Assembly (NCBI GenBank): GCA_951406725.2
Contig: OX597815.1
Coordinates: 58,962,001 to 59,026,000 of the forward strand
DNA: 64,000 bases
Direction of reading: 5' to 3'
Origin: Octopus vulgaris
Taxonomy: Eukaryota
Shown here piece after piece: positions 50,400 through 63,260 of the stretch. The stretch's first letter is position 1; each line of letters begins with the position of its first letter. The notes below the pieces were generated by a model. The model was not told the DNA's origin, searched no databases, and worked only from the letters and a program-made list of their open reading frames with translations. A program made the position numbers and the translations under genes.

Positions 50400-51600
50400 T
50401 CTGTTTGGCCGAACTCATCCTCTCTCTTAACTGCTTCTTGTTCACTGAAGATTTTTACCATCTATCCCACAGCTTTAGCTATCAACCTATCTACCTCTCC
50501 CTCCCTCCCTCTCTACCTCCTATTTACTCTCATACACACTTCCAGTACTCTCCTTCCACTGCTAACCCACTTTCATTATCTGATTTCCCCTTTCAACCTA
50601 AATCATCTAACACTAACTACTGCTACCTTGACTACCAACTTAACCACCACACACTGTCCACATCCCTCTATCTTCTCTCATACATTTCTGTACACCTTAG
50701 TAATTCCCCCTTAACCACACTAGAAGCATCTATTAATTAGACCCTTTCCCTCTCTAATAATTGCTCTCACCTTTCTCAGTCTCAATTTCCCATGGTTCTT
50801 TAGCCATTCCCTAAATTTTGACATCTATTCACAAACCCAACAACTGACCACCTTTCAATTACCATCCATCCCATTTCTCCCACTCACCTCCCAACTCTCC
50901 ACTTGTACTGTTACCACTCTCAGTAGCCTCATTCTTAACCCCTCCTCCATCTTCTTGAATTGACTCTCTGATCTCCTTTCACCCTTCCCTTCCTCAACAT
51001 TCTTCACACCCCTACTGAGCCTCCTACATCCTCCCATCAATACTACTTGCTCTCCACATTTAAACATTCCATTTTTAAACCTCTCTGCATCATGATCTGA
51101 AATGTAAGATTTTTTTCTACACTGATAACAGAGGCTCCATTTATCTACTGTTTATTTGCTTCCATTACTGGCTGCATATTTTAATGAACTACATCTACCA
51201 ACATTATGATGGATCTTCATGCCCCTAGAAACAGCTGTTGGACTTATAACACCTTGCTCCCTCCCCTTTAATTTTCTCTGTCTTTTGTATTTTGTTTCAT
51301 CTATTAATATTTAAATATCTATAAAGTTATGCATACATATTCATCATTTGATAATCTTCAGTCTTTGCTTTTTTTCTATTTGCATGTATACTATATATAC
51401 GTATTGTATGTCAAACCCAAGCAGTTATATTTAATTTGTTTATTCACATAATTGTCTCCATATCTGCTCACCTGGATTCCTCTTATAGTCACTCTTTACT
51501 CTGCAGAATTGATCCCTCATAAGACTGGAGTCTAAGTTCAAATCATTTGAGCACTACTGTTTCCTATACAGAGAATCTTTGGATGTCATCTGTTGACTAT
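50400..51600 (+). mobile_element. Pyrimidine-rich 3' remnant of Penelope-like family with degenerate hammerhead
   Basis: CTGATAA..GAAAcagctg at 51122-51237. Downstream ctcacctggatt..cttatag.cactcttta..taagttcaaatcattt is shared with 41800-41990. Confidence 0.55.
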
Positions 51601-51642
51601 ATATATATTTATACATACATATATGCATACATGCACCATACA

Positions 51643-54600
51643 TGATGGTTGCCCCCTTGTTAGCGAGTATGGCCATTGCACGAAGCTTAACTATTATTAG
51701 TGCTGTGATCAAATGTGACTTTTTAGCCCAGCTAAAGATCTACAATGTCTTATACAGAAACGGCAGCTAAAACCTTTACTGGCAGTAGCCGGCTGTAGTT
51801 GTAACTGGGCTTCACATACCTTTGCATGTCATTTAAGTCCTCCTGCTGAATTACACTCTCTTCCACATGCCTGACAGATATGATTAGTATGGTGTGTAAC
51901 ACCACCACCAGTGGCCAGGTTATCACTCATCTGTCTCACTTTATGACTATGAAGATGACTCTTGAGTCCAGCTTTACTGAGGCAGGGTCTTGCACAGACA
52001 CTGCATGTCAGCATCATAGGAAGACCCTTCCATTCTGGAAGTGTAACAGCGATGTCCTTCCTGACATCCCTCCTTACTTTCTCATGCGCAACTTGAGATT
52101 TCTCAAAAGTAGCTGTCCCCTCATGCACAATCCTTCTCCACCTGCTACGATCAATAGCTATGCCCTCCCATGTGTCAGGAGAGATGCAAGCATCTCTTAA
52201 GGAAGTCTTCAGCAAGTCCTTATACCTCTTTTTTGGTTTATATGGGGGTCGTTCTCCTTTAGCTAACTCTCCATAAAAGAGTTGTTTTGGCATCCTTCAT
52301 CCTGACCAGATGACCACTCCATCTGAGCCTTTGCTTTAACACAAGAGCTTCTATACTTTCGCACCGATAGCCTTCCAATATTTCAAGATCACTGATGCGG
52401 TCCTTCCACTTAATGCCGTGGATCAGTCTGAGACACATCTGATGGAAACATTCCAGTTGTTTAAAGTGGTATCGATATGTGACCCACGTCTCGCAAGCAT
52501 AGAGAAGATAAGGGAGCACACATGCCTTGTACACCTTTATCTTTGTCTCTCTGCATATGTCTTGCCGACTCCAGAGGCACCTTTCTAGCCTTCCGAAAGC
52601 ATCACTTGCTTTCCTAATTCTGTATGGAATTTCATCATCCAAATTGCTATATCTATTAACAGTGCTTCCCAGGCAGACAAACTGATCAACTACATCAAGA
52701 CATTTACCATACACATAGATAGTTGATACACTATACTGCGTACCAGAGGCAGGTTGGTACATGACAACAGTTTTCTTGAGACTGACTGTCAATCCTAAGG
52801 CAGTGCAAGCATCAGAGAATGCATTCAAAATGTGTTGCATATCAATCTCTGTGTGCACTACTAGATCACAATCATTTGCATACAAAAGGCCTCTTATGAT
52901 AGATGTAAATACCTTTGTTTTTGCAGCAAAGCGCCTGATATTAAATATGCTGCCAGAGGTTCGATAATATATGTAAACACGATATCTGCAGTTTCTGAAT
53001 GCAATACAGAAAACCATCACAAAATCTAGCTGAAAAGATCATATCAGCAGTGCCACGTCCCACACGAAAGCCAAATTGACTTTCTGGAAGAACACAATCT
53101 GCAACGTGTTTCAGCAGACGATCCAGTAGTACCCTACATAAAACCTTTCCTACAAGAGAGAAAGCAATGATATTCCCTTATAGTTACCACAATAATTCCT
53201 GTTGCCCTTTCCTTTATACAAGACCACCATTACTGTATATCTCCAGTCCTCAGGTACAGATTCACTAGCCCATATCTTACCAAACAAAGAGTGAAGTTGC
53301 TGCAGAAGTTTCTCACCACCATGCTGTAACAACTCCGCGTGTATGCCATCCATACCCAGAGATTTCCCATTATTCATCTTTGAGACAGCCACTGTAACTT
53401 TCTCCAACTTTGGTGGTTCTGCGAGTGCTGCCTTCACGAGTAATCCAGGAATGAGATTGAGAACATCCTCACTAACTACAGACTGCTGATTCAAAAATTT
53501 CATCAAAGTGTTCGTGCCACCTTCGCAGAATTCCTTGTGAATCGCGAAGAAGTTTTTTACCATCCCTGCTTCGAAGTGGTGTCATCAGAGAAGACGTCAG
53601 TCCATAAACTTCTCACAAGAGACCATACAACAGCTTTGTGTTATTGGAATCCGATGCCGCCTGTATCTCATCAGCTTTCTTACTCCACCACATATCCTTG
53701 AGTTCCCTATGCAACCTTTCCTGTGGCTTTGCTGACAAATAGCATGACAAAGTACATCATCAGCCAATAAATCATCTATATGTTCATCATTTTCTTTAAA
53801 CCAATCTTGATGCTTTCTTTGTATCAATCCCAGAACTTTCTTGCCTATATCATAAACTGACTTTTTATGGGTCAGCCAATCCTCCCCAATATCTGCAGCA
53901 TTCATTTCCTCTCATAAAGTTCTCTTCACACTATTATACCTAAGACGATCAACATTCAGTCTTTTAGGCAGGGTAATCCCTGCAGCCCGGATTTTATGTT
54001 TTGTGACTAATTTCACTTTTGCATGTACTAGGCGGTGGTCAGTCCAACACTCAGCTCCACGAAGAACATGAACACACTGCACATCTTGTCTGTCACACAT
54101 CCTAACAAGGATGTAATCCAGAATATGCCATTCTTTAGATGCAGGGTGCATCCATGTGGTCTTAAACTTATTCTTTTGTTGAAACATGGCATTGGTAACC
54201 CACAGACGCAGCTCCTCACACATCTGCAGCAAAAGCATGCCATTACTATTACACTTTCCCACCCCATGCTTTCCAATTACAGTCCATGTGTTAAAATCCC
54301 TACCCACTCTATCATTAAAGTCACCCAGTACGATGACTTTCTCTGCCCGGGGGATATTTCTTATAATACCCTTCAAAACATGTTAGAAAGAAATTTTTTG
54401 GTCATCAGTATAACACATAGTTGGAGTATACACATTCACCAAAATCACATAATTTCTTTTAACCAAAGGAATTCTCATGGACATAAGACGCTCGTTAATT
54501 CCGACTGGGAATTCTTCCAACTTGTCCACAAGAGTAGTCTTAACAGCAAATGCCACTCCCGCCTCTCCTCTAAACTCTTCATTCCTCCCTTTCCAAAAGA

Positions 54601-55305
54601 ATGTATATTTTCCACAAGATTCTGTAAGATGACCATCTCCAGGTAATCTTGTCTCAGATAAAGCAACGATGTCAAGATCATAGCGTTGAAGCTCCTTCGC
54701 AACAAGCGCAGTCCTTCGTTCAGGACATTCAGAGGACTTGCGGTCAAGCAGTGTCTGTACATTCCAACAACCAATATTCAATATTTTATTTGGTTCTATC
54801 ACAGTAGCATGATGACGGCCGGGTTCAGACTGCGATGCTCTGGAGCACCTGCTGGGCCAGACTCTTTCATCTGATGTGGTTCCAGAGTCCTTACTGCCAT
54901 TTATTTTTATACTATTTTGGTACATCATTGATTATTTGCTTTTTAAGGCCACAGCCAGCCATTCAGTTGAGACTCACAGCACTTTCAACTATCACAATGT
55001 TGTTCTCATGCAATGCCTGTGCAAGAAGATTTTTTTTAAAGTGAGGAAAGGCTGTGCACTGAGTCAATCCCACTCACTAAGCAACGGCAGCCATAATCCG
55101 AAAAGATGAACAAGTCAACATCATCGGTAACCACTGAGCCGCAGGTTTAATGTTGGAGTTATCCCAGTTACCTGAGTTGCCTTCTCCTAGAAGGATGCCC
55201 TAACAAAGGCTAGGGGTCCTTCACTCCCAATGGTTTAACCGCCTGATTGGGTATTCAGTCCGATTGTTTCTATGTCCCCGCACATGATATAGCCTTAAGC
55301 TGGAT
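51643..55305 (-). mobile_element. Near full-length decayed RTE-type LINE (APE + RT + two C2H2-like fingers)
   Basis: IGCWNVQTL, IVALSETRL, VLGDFNDRVG, ILDYI, TDHRLV, NYKGISLL, LLYANDC, LRWSGHL, CSVC..HLHSH, CQAC. Several frameshifts and a deletion in the RT core. Confidence 0.95.
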
Positions 55306-55374
55306 AAGGAGAAGAAAAAATAAATAAAAATTTAAAAAATACATACATACATACATGCATGCACCATGCATGTA

Positions 55375-56690
55375 TGCATGGTTCCCTGTAATGAATTCCT
55401 GATTATTTAGATAAGCTTACTTTATTAAATCTAGTTTGTAATTGTACAAAAATAGTTAATATGTGCTCCTCAACAATCAATTGTTCATGTACACTCATGT
55501 TTGTCTACATTTGACAAATATAAGCGGTGCTCCAGCATGGCTGCAGTCAAATGACTGGAACAAATAAAAGAATAAAATGCTAACTAGTGAAGTGAGATTG
55601 TAGCTCTGGAAAATGCAGCATAGCACCAAAAATGTGGCTTCAAGGGTTGGTGTTCACCCCAAAACTGTCTATATCATGAAACGCTACAGTGAGATAGGTT
55701 CAATTGACAGCAAACCCATTCCTGGTCAAAAACGATCTGTAAGGATGAAACAATTGGTGGATGTCATCCAAAAGATAGTGTCCCAAAATCCATAGTGGAG
55801 CATGAGCCAAACAGCTAAAAGTCTTGATATCTCTCAGACAACCATGTCAAGGGCTGTGCATAAAGACTTAAATTGTAAATCATTAAAATTGTAACGCTGA
55901 CACCTAATTTTGATCACTTCCAAAACAAAGTGATTGGACAGGTGCAAGAAAATAGCGGAGGAGATTTGGAGCACTGGTGACAACGTCTTCATCTGGTTGG
56001 ATGAAAATTTATTCACCTTGGAGGCTGTAGCGAAATCCAGAATTACAGGATTTTGGCCGCAAGGTTGGATGCTGGCGCTCATTAGTTGTTTTGCCGAATG
56101 AAACCTGCTGGAGTAATGGTTTGAGAGGCACTGTCATCCAATGGTGGGAAATCTCCTCAATGAAGAGGGGATACAAGTCAACTCAGCAATTTACATGAAA
56201 TGTTGGAGGATAATATTTTGCCATGGGTCACTGAAGCATTTGGAGATAACTACATGTTCATGCAAGACAGCACTCCTCATACATCCAATGTGACACAGCT
56301 GTGGTGCAGAAGCCATTTAAGCAGGTTCTGAGACAAGAATGTGTGCATCCCTGCCATCCAGCCTAGATGTCAACCCATGAACTTTGCTATTTGGTCCATT
56401 CTAGAAAGTGATGTTTCAAGAGTTTTGTACAAAAATATCACCATTCTGAAGAAAGCCTTAGTTGCGTCATGAGATCATTTAAATGAAGAAGTCACCCAGC
56501 ATTTGTGTAGCTCTGTTCTCAGCCATCTTCGGGCAATTGTGGAAGCCAAAGATGGACATATTGAATAAAACATATTTTAATATGTTACATGACCATATTT
56601 AATTAAATCCTAAAGAACTTATGTATTTTTATGTATTTTATTAAAAATTGTAACTAAAAATCAATTGGGAATTCTTATAGTGCCCCCTGT
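55375..56690 (+). mobile_element. Decayed Tc1-like transposon
   Basis: HTH-like ASRVGVHPKTVY, FIWLDE..F, GVMV, FMQDS..H, PSSLDVNP..FAIWSILE. Degenerate TIR ending ccccctgTA. Confidence 0.8.
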
Positions 56691-56749
56691 ACATACATAC
56701 ATCCTTCCTTCCTTCCTTCCTCCCTCCCTCTCTCTGCACCAGGAGATGT

Positions 56750-57990
56750 AGCCTTAATGCTTCTGCTGTGGAAGTTGGGTCTTTTTGAGTACAACAAGGC
56801 ACCAAATATCTTGGTCCTTTGTCATCTTGCCTGAAAGGTTCAGCATTCTGAGTTCGTCCTTCAGTACTTTTTCCCATGTCTTCTTGAGTCTCCCTCTTCC
56901 ATGAGTTTCATCCACTTTGAGTGAATGGCACTTCTTTATGAAGCTTTTAGCATCCATCTGTATCACATGATCAAACCAACACAGTCTTCTCTCTTTATAT
57001 ATAACTTCTCTCTCAATACATTAACACACTGTTGCACATGTAAACTTACATTAATCAACCAGCAGAGCATACTATCCACATTCCTCTCTAGCCTTCGCAT
57101 ATCCTCTGCATTCAGGGCCCACATCTCACTACATGTAGAATTGCTGTTCATATACATACATCATGCAATCCTCCTTTCACTTGGAGGGAGAAACACTTGG
57201 TTGCCAACAGAGGTAAAAGCTCTGTGAATTTTCTTCATCTTGTTGTTATTCTAGCTATTACACTTTCTGTACAGCCTCCCCTCCACTAATTTGATCCCCT
57301 AGGTAGCAGAGATTACCTACTACCTCTAAAGAGCCTCTGGGGCATATGAGAAAATTGATTTCCCATGTATATGTTGTTTTTATGGCTCCTGTGCTTCTTC
57401 CACATATGAACACTACTTTTTCTGATAATCTTACTTATTATTCCACTGCACCTCTTGTATGTCATAGTTTACACTGGGTGCACCATGGAATTCCTGCCTC
57501 CACCTTTCCTATAAATTGAGCAGGGTCACTTGAAGAGATTTGGGTTATGTCTGTTTTCTAAGACCTTAGTCTTTGTTCAATTAACCTTGGGGCCCTTTGA
57601 TTCCAGGTTTTGCTTTCACACCTAGAATTTCTTTTCTAGCTCTCATATAGAATCTACTGTGCCTCTCAAACTATCACCCCAGCAGGTTTCATTTTGCAAA
57701 ACAACTAATGGGCACCAGTATATAACCTTGCAGCCCAAATCCTGTCATTCTGGATTTTGTTACAGCCTCCAAAGTGAATAAATTTCCATCCAACCAGATG
57801 AAGACATTGTCACTAGTGCTCCAAATCTCTTCTGCCCAGGAGTTGTCAGTCTTGAATTCCTCTGTGATGGCCTGGAGGACAATGATGAAAAGTAGGGGAC
57901 TAAGGACTGAGCCTTGATGAGTACCTACCTATACTCCAAATTATTCACTGTACTCATGGTAAACTCTCACCTTACTCACAGCAATTATGT
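56750..57990 (-). mobile_element. Decayed RTE-type LINE (family A)
   Basis: GTHQGSVLSPLLFII, WALNAEDMRRLERN, GRGRLKKTW. Confidence 0.85.
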
Positions 57991-58011
57991 ATACATATAT
58001 AATAATAATGA

Positions 58012-58590
58012 TGTGGATACAAATGCTACGGCAAAACAATCCGCCACTTTTTATATATGGATGACCTAAAACTATGCGCTACAAATGATAAACAGCTGGA
58101 AACACTACTACAGACAATATATGGATTTACCAAAAAAATAGATGTGAAATTTGGATTAGAAAAATGCACCAAAGCAACCCTGAAAAAAGGAAAACTAGTT
58201 AAGAGTAGCAACATCACACTAGATAAAGCCAATGAAATAAGAGAATTAGATCAAAGCCAGACATACAAATATTTAGGAATCCATGAACTAGATATGATAC
58301 AATACAAATGAAAGAGAAAATAAAGAAAGAATACTATAGACAAGTTAGATCAATACTAAAAACAGAGCTCGATGCTAAAAACAAGATAATAGGTATTAAT
58401 ACTTTAGCTGTCCCAGTTATAAGTTACAGGTACAATATTTTTAACTGGACACAAAATGAACTAACCAAAATAGACAGGAAAACAAGAAAAATAATGACAA
58501 GTTCTAGGATGCATCACCCAAAATCTGACATAGAAAGGCTATATATACAACGTATAAAAGGTGATAGAGTCCTTATACAGCTGGAAAATG
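58012..58590 (+). mobile_element. R4/Dong-like RT fragment
   Basis: FLYMDDLKL, FGLEKC, YKYLGI, INTLAVPVISY, MHHPKSDIERLY. Confidence 0.88.
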
Positions 58591-58599
58591 CTAAATTGT

Positions 58600-60350
58600 G
58601 GCTTCTAAATTAGTCCCTGTAATTTCCAAGGAAGCCTTTGTATAAAATTAAGGATGCTATTTAAAATTAGTATGATATAGTGTATACAAATGGGCTATGT
58701 AAAGGAATAGTAAAAAGAGTTGAAGAGTACATAAAAATCATTAAAATCAGTAGAAAATTATAACGTGTTATGTGAGTCGGTAGTCTAGTTATCAAGTGGA
58801 TTTAATATATAGGATTAACGCCCTAGTGTACTACGTAGATTATAATATATAGTTTGGTTTAAAATGTGAAGTAAAATTATATGGTAAGTCGGGTGGTTAA
58901 GGAAGGTAATAAGATGTTAAGCAGGTCTGCTAATAACCTGTAATGTAGGGATTAGCAATATTTAAAGAATAGGGTTTAGCGATATTTTGAGAAAAAATTT
59001 ATCTTGATACAAACAAATTTTATTTTTCTTGTCTTGTTTATTAAGTAATTCTGATTTGACCTTTAAAATGAAGAATTTCTCTAAATGAGAAATTTACATG
59101 AATTACAACGATTATTATTAATGTTATATGAAGAAGTTTTGGCTAGGATTCGCCATTCTAATCTATAATTAATGCTATTGTCTTTCAGTTCCCAAATGTA
59201 ACTACTGAGTCTGGTAGGGTTTGCTTTACTTCTGTTTCTGAAACTAGCGCGATGGGAATTATATCTAAGTTTCATTTCATTTTTCATTGCGTCAATATAA
59301 GTTTTCTTGTAATTATTTGCGAGTACATCACATTGGTAGATTATGTTTTTCGTTTTACATTTATTTGAGAATTCACAAGTATTTTTTACCTCTGCAGTCA
59401 CGTAGATTATTAAGCTTGTCTGTGCCAATGATATGTTGAGGAGGGGTTATTATTTATAAGGTAGTTGTCTGCATTATTTGAGGGCGAGTTATTAGGGAGG
59501 TCATTTATTATATCAGTCGATTGGTTGTTGTGCTTTATATTGCTATTCTTCCTAGTTTGATAGAAGGTGTCTAACATTTTATTGTTGATAGAGGCTATAA
59601 TAGTAGCTAGGTTGCTAGTTAACCTATGGCCTACTCTAATTTTATTGCTAAAGATTTCTGAGTATTTGGTATTCATATTAAAGTGCTTATTTATAAGTCA
59701 CATTATAGATTTAACTATGTTGGTTTTTAGCTGCACCACGAAGGAGATTATTAACCAGATGTTATCCCTATTCAGTTTGTTATTTTTAATATTATTATTT
59801 TTGGTGTAGAAACTGTCTTCTGTATTATTCTAGATCATAAAGTTATGGTTATAATTATCATTCTTCTTTCTATAGTTATTTTTATTATTATTACTATCAG
59901 TTTTATTGGGGTTGTTTCTGTACGATTTATATATTTTATATATCTTGATATTATCATTTCTTACAGGGGCTCTATTGGTTCTTTGAGGTGTGTTATTTTT
60001 ATTTTTATTTATATTTTTATTATTATTAATATTTTCTTAGTATTGTTATTCTTCCCATTATTTGTAATTCTGTTATCATTTTTAATGTTGTTATTCATAA
60101 TATTCTGAATCTTATCATTCTTCTTACTATTTATGTTATTACTACTGTTATTCCTATTAATGTTGTTCATATTGTTTTTGTGGTTGTTATAATCATTTGG
60201 GATATAATTTCTATTATCATAGTTTTGAGCATTTATGTTATTCAGGTTATTTTTATAGGGTTCTGAGTGAAGGTATTTAATTTTTTGCTTATAGCCTGCT
60301 TTTTCTAATATGCTGTTGTAGAATTCATTATACTTGTTAAAAATATCCTC
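58600..60350 (-). mobile_element. 3' part of Penelope-like (Naiad-like) element
   Basis: DIFNKYNEFYNSILEKAGY, KYSEIFS, DCRGK..C, NIIYQC..TYI..KLRYNSH..F, LSSYIWELK, RCNSC. Confidence 0.82.
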
Positions 60351-60828
60351 TTTTCTTTTTCTTTTTTCTTTTTCTTTCTTTGACTTTCTTTTCCCTCTAA
60401 TCATTCTGAAGATGTTTATTAAATATAACGAGGTAAATGTAAATTTACTCTCTACAAGTGGTGCATGATCTGTGTATAACCTTATTAGTAGTTGTTCAGT
60501 TGAGTTCACAATCATTAGCACTTTCAGATTAAAGATCCTTCATCGCATGATTTTTTTATATTTTATGCATTGTTTCAAAAACTCTTTCTCCAGGGGTTTT
60601 TTGAAGTTTTTATAGTCTATTAAAATTTCACCCTGTCACACTTTTTCATTTTTTCAATTTTTTTCTTTTTTCATTTTCCACTTTTTCAATTTTTCACCTT
60701 CTGCTATCATTGTCTCTGAGGTGCTTGTTGTTATTGTATAAGGAGCATGAGTTGGTATAGACGATGCTGAGCTGTGAAGTTTGAGGGGCAGCAATTGGGG
60801 AACAAGCAGAATAAGGGGTATCAGAGAT

Positions 60829-63260
60829 AGGGGTTATCAAAGCGTTGGCTCCGGTCATCTGCGAGCCCTTAACACGGTTCGGCCAGACCCTTCTTGACGT
60901 GGCTGAAGATTGTTTTCTATCGCAACATGTTGAATATCCGACAAGGCATCGGTCTGGGCAACAGTCATCTATGCTGGATCTGGTATTCTCCCGCTATCCA
61001 AGATCAGTGTCAGACGTATCTGTGTGCGCCCCTCTTGCCAAGAGTGATCATGCGGTCCTGAAGTTCGTCATGCACACAACTTTTTCTATGCCCACGACTA
61101 CTTTGCTGCCACGTAGAGTCTTCTCTGCAATTAATCTTGAAATTCTAACCAAGGCTTCCGCGCTTCTGGACTGGCGATCCCTGATGACGTTGTCCTCAGT
61201 TGACGAACTATGGTCATCCCTCAAAGCATATGTAATCTGGTTGACTGACCAAGTAGTTCCCGTTGGGCTTCCCAAGAAGAAGAAACACAAGCCCTGGGTG
61301 ACGAAGAAGGTTAAACGAGAACTTCAACACAGAGATATTGCTTGGGCTGAATTAAAAAATCTGGATTCGACTGCAGCTTTTGAGGTGTACAAAACTCAAC
61401 GAGACCGAACCGTGAAAATTGAAAAGGAAGAACGCTTCAGATATGAATACAAAATCGCGGCAAATGCCAGTAGCAATCCAAAAACCTTCTTTGCCCATGT
61501 CCAACGGAATTCCCGCTTGAACAAGCAAATTGCAACGTTGGTAGACTCAACAGGCGTATCGATTGAGGACCCTTATCGACAGAGTCAATTATTTGCCGAG
61601 GCTTTTTCAACTATTTTCAAACAAGATGATGGTCGTGAACCCCCTCCATTTGATAGATCGGTACCTCCAATGCTTCGATTGGTCACCACGCGGGACGAAG
61701 TCGAACGCGTTATTCAAGGCCTCGATGTCAACAAGGGTCACGGCCCTGACGGCATACACCCAGGGGTTATCAAAGCGTTGGCTCCGGTCATCTGCGAGCC
61801 CTTAACACGTTTATTCAATATGTCATTGGCGACGGGTGTTATACCTGCGGACTGGAGAACAGCGATAATCTTCCCAATTTTCAAGAAAGGGAGCCGCGAA
61901 GACCCGCTTAACTACCGACCGGTTTCCCTTACATCAATAATCAGCAAGATGTTCGAAACCATCCTTAAGAAAAGTATGATGCTCCACCTCCAAAACACAG
62001 CCTCTATCTCTGATTCCCAACATGGCTTTGTGCTGAAGAGATCATGCTTGACCAACTTACTGGTAATGGAAGAATTGGTGACGTGCATCCTTGATGATAG
62101 TGATGTTGTTAACATTGTTTTATTGGACTTTGCCAAAGCTTTTGACTCGGTAAACCACCGCCTATTACTTGTCAAGCTTCAAGCATATAGTTTCCATCCG
62201 GATATTGTATGATGGATTGGTGCCTTCCTCTCAGATCGCTCCTTCCAAGTCTAAGTTAATGGTTCGCGGTCCGACGTCTCCAGTGCGAGCAGTGGCGTGC
62301 CTCAAGGTTCAGTGCTTGGGCCCTTATTGTTCTTAGTCTTCATAAATGACTTGCCCGACGACCTCACGCAACACACCCTTCTATTTGCCGACAATGTCAA
62401 ACTGGTCGCTCCTCGCGGTGATACAGAGGATTTTCGTCGATGCCTCCACCATATTTGGAGATGGTCTAACGAATGGGACCTGTGTCTGAACATGTCAAAG
62501 TGCTGTCATCTGCTTGTTGGCTCTCCTCCTGCAACTCAACTTGATTTCGAGCCATTTCGTCTGCTGTTGGAGAGGACCAATCAGGTAAAGGACCTGGGTA
62601 TCTTGGTGGATTCTTCCTTTTCGCCTTCGGCCCAGTGTGTCCATGCTGCCAACAAAGCACACGGAATTCTGTTCTTGATTCGATGGTCATTCGGAATGCT
62701 CACAGCAGCCATATTCCTACCGCTCTATGTCACACTGGTGAGACCCATATTGGAGTACAGGATTCAAGCCTCTTCTCCTTATCTCCTCAAAGACATACAG
62801 CATCTCAAAAGAGTCCAGAAGCTGGCTACCCGCATGGTTCTTGGTCTCAAGAATTTGTCTTATGAAGAAAGGCTGAAGACGCTCGACCTTTATTCTCTAG
62901 AAAAATGATGATGCCGTGGAGATCTCATTCTCGCTCACAACATCATAAGCGGAAAGTGTAACCTCTCGAAAGAGCTGTTCTTCACTCCTGCTCCAGAGCG
63001 TCGGCTGCGGGGTCATTCCGAAAAGTTCTATCTGCGACGATTTCATCTCAATCGAAGGAGAGGGGCTTTCTCCGTCCAGGTTGCGGATCCGTGGAATAAG
63101 CTGCCAGATGAGATGGTGAAGATGCCGATAACCGCTCGGTTCAAAGTCTCCCTTGACCTCAAGTGGCCTGAACTCTTTACATGAACACCACCCTGTACAT
63201 AACTCCATGTCCCCCTACATGGCCTTGCTCTTTGCTTTTTGAGCCAAAAAATTAACTAAG
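60829..63260 (+). mobile_element. 5'-truncated CR1/L2-group LINE, relatively young
   Basis: ORFs 60845-62212 and 62297-62908: LDLVFS, SDH, KPW, GPDGIHP, NYRPVSLTS, QHGF, LDFAKAFDSV, PQGSVLGPLLF, LFADN, VRPILEY. Few stops. Confidence 0.95.
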
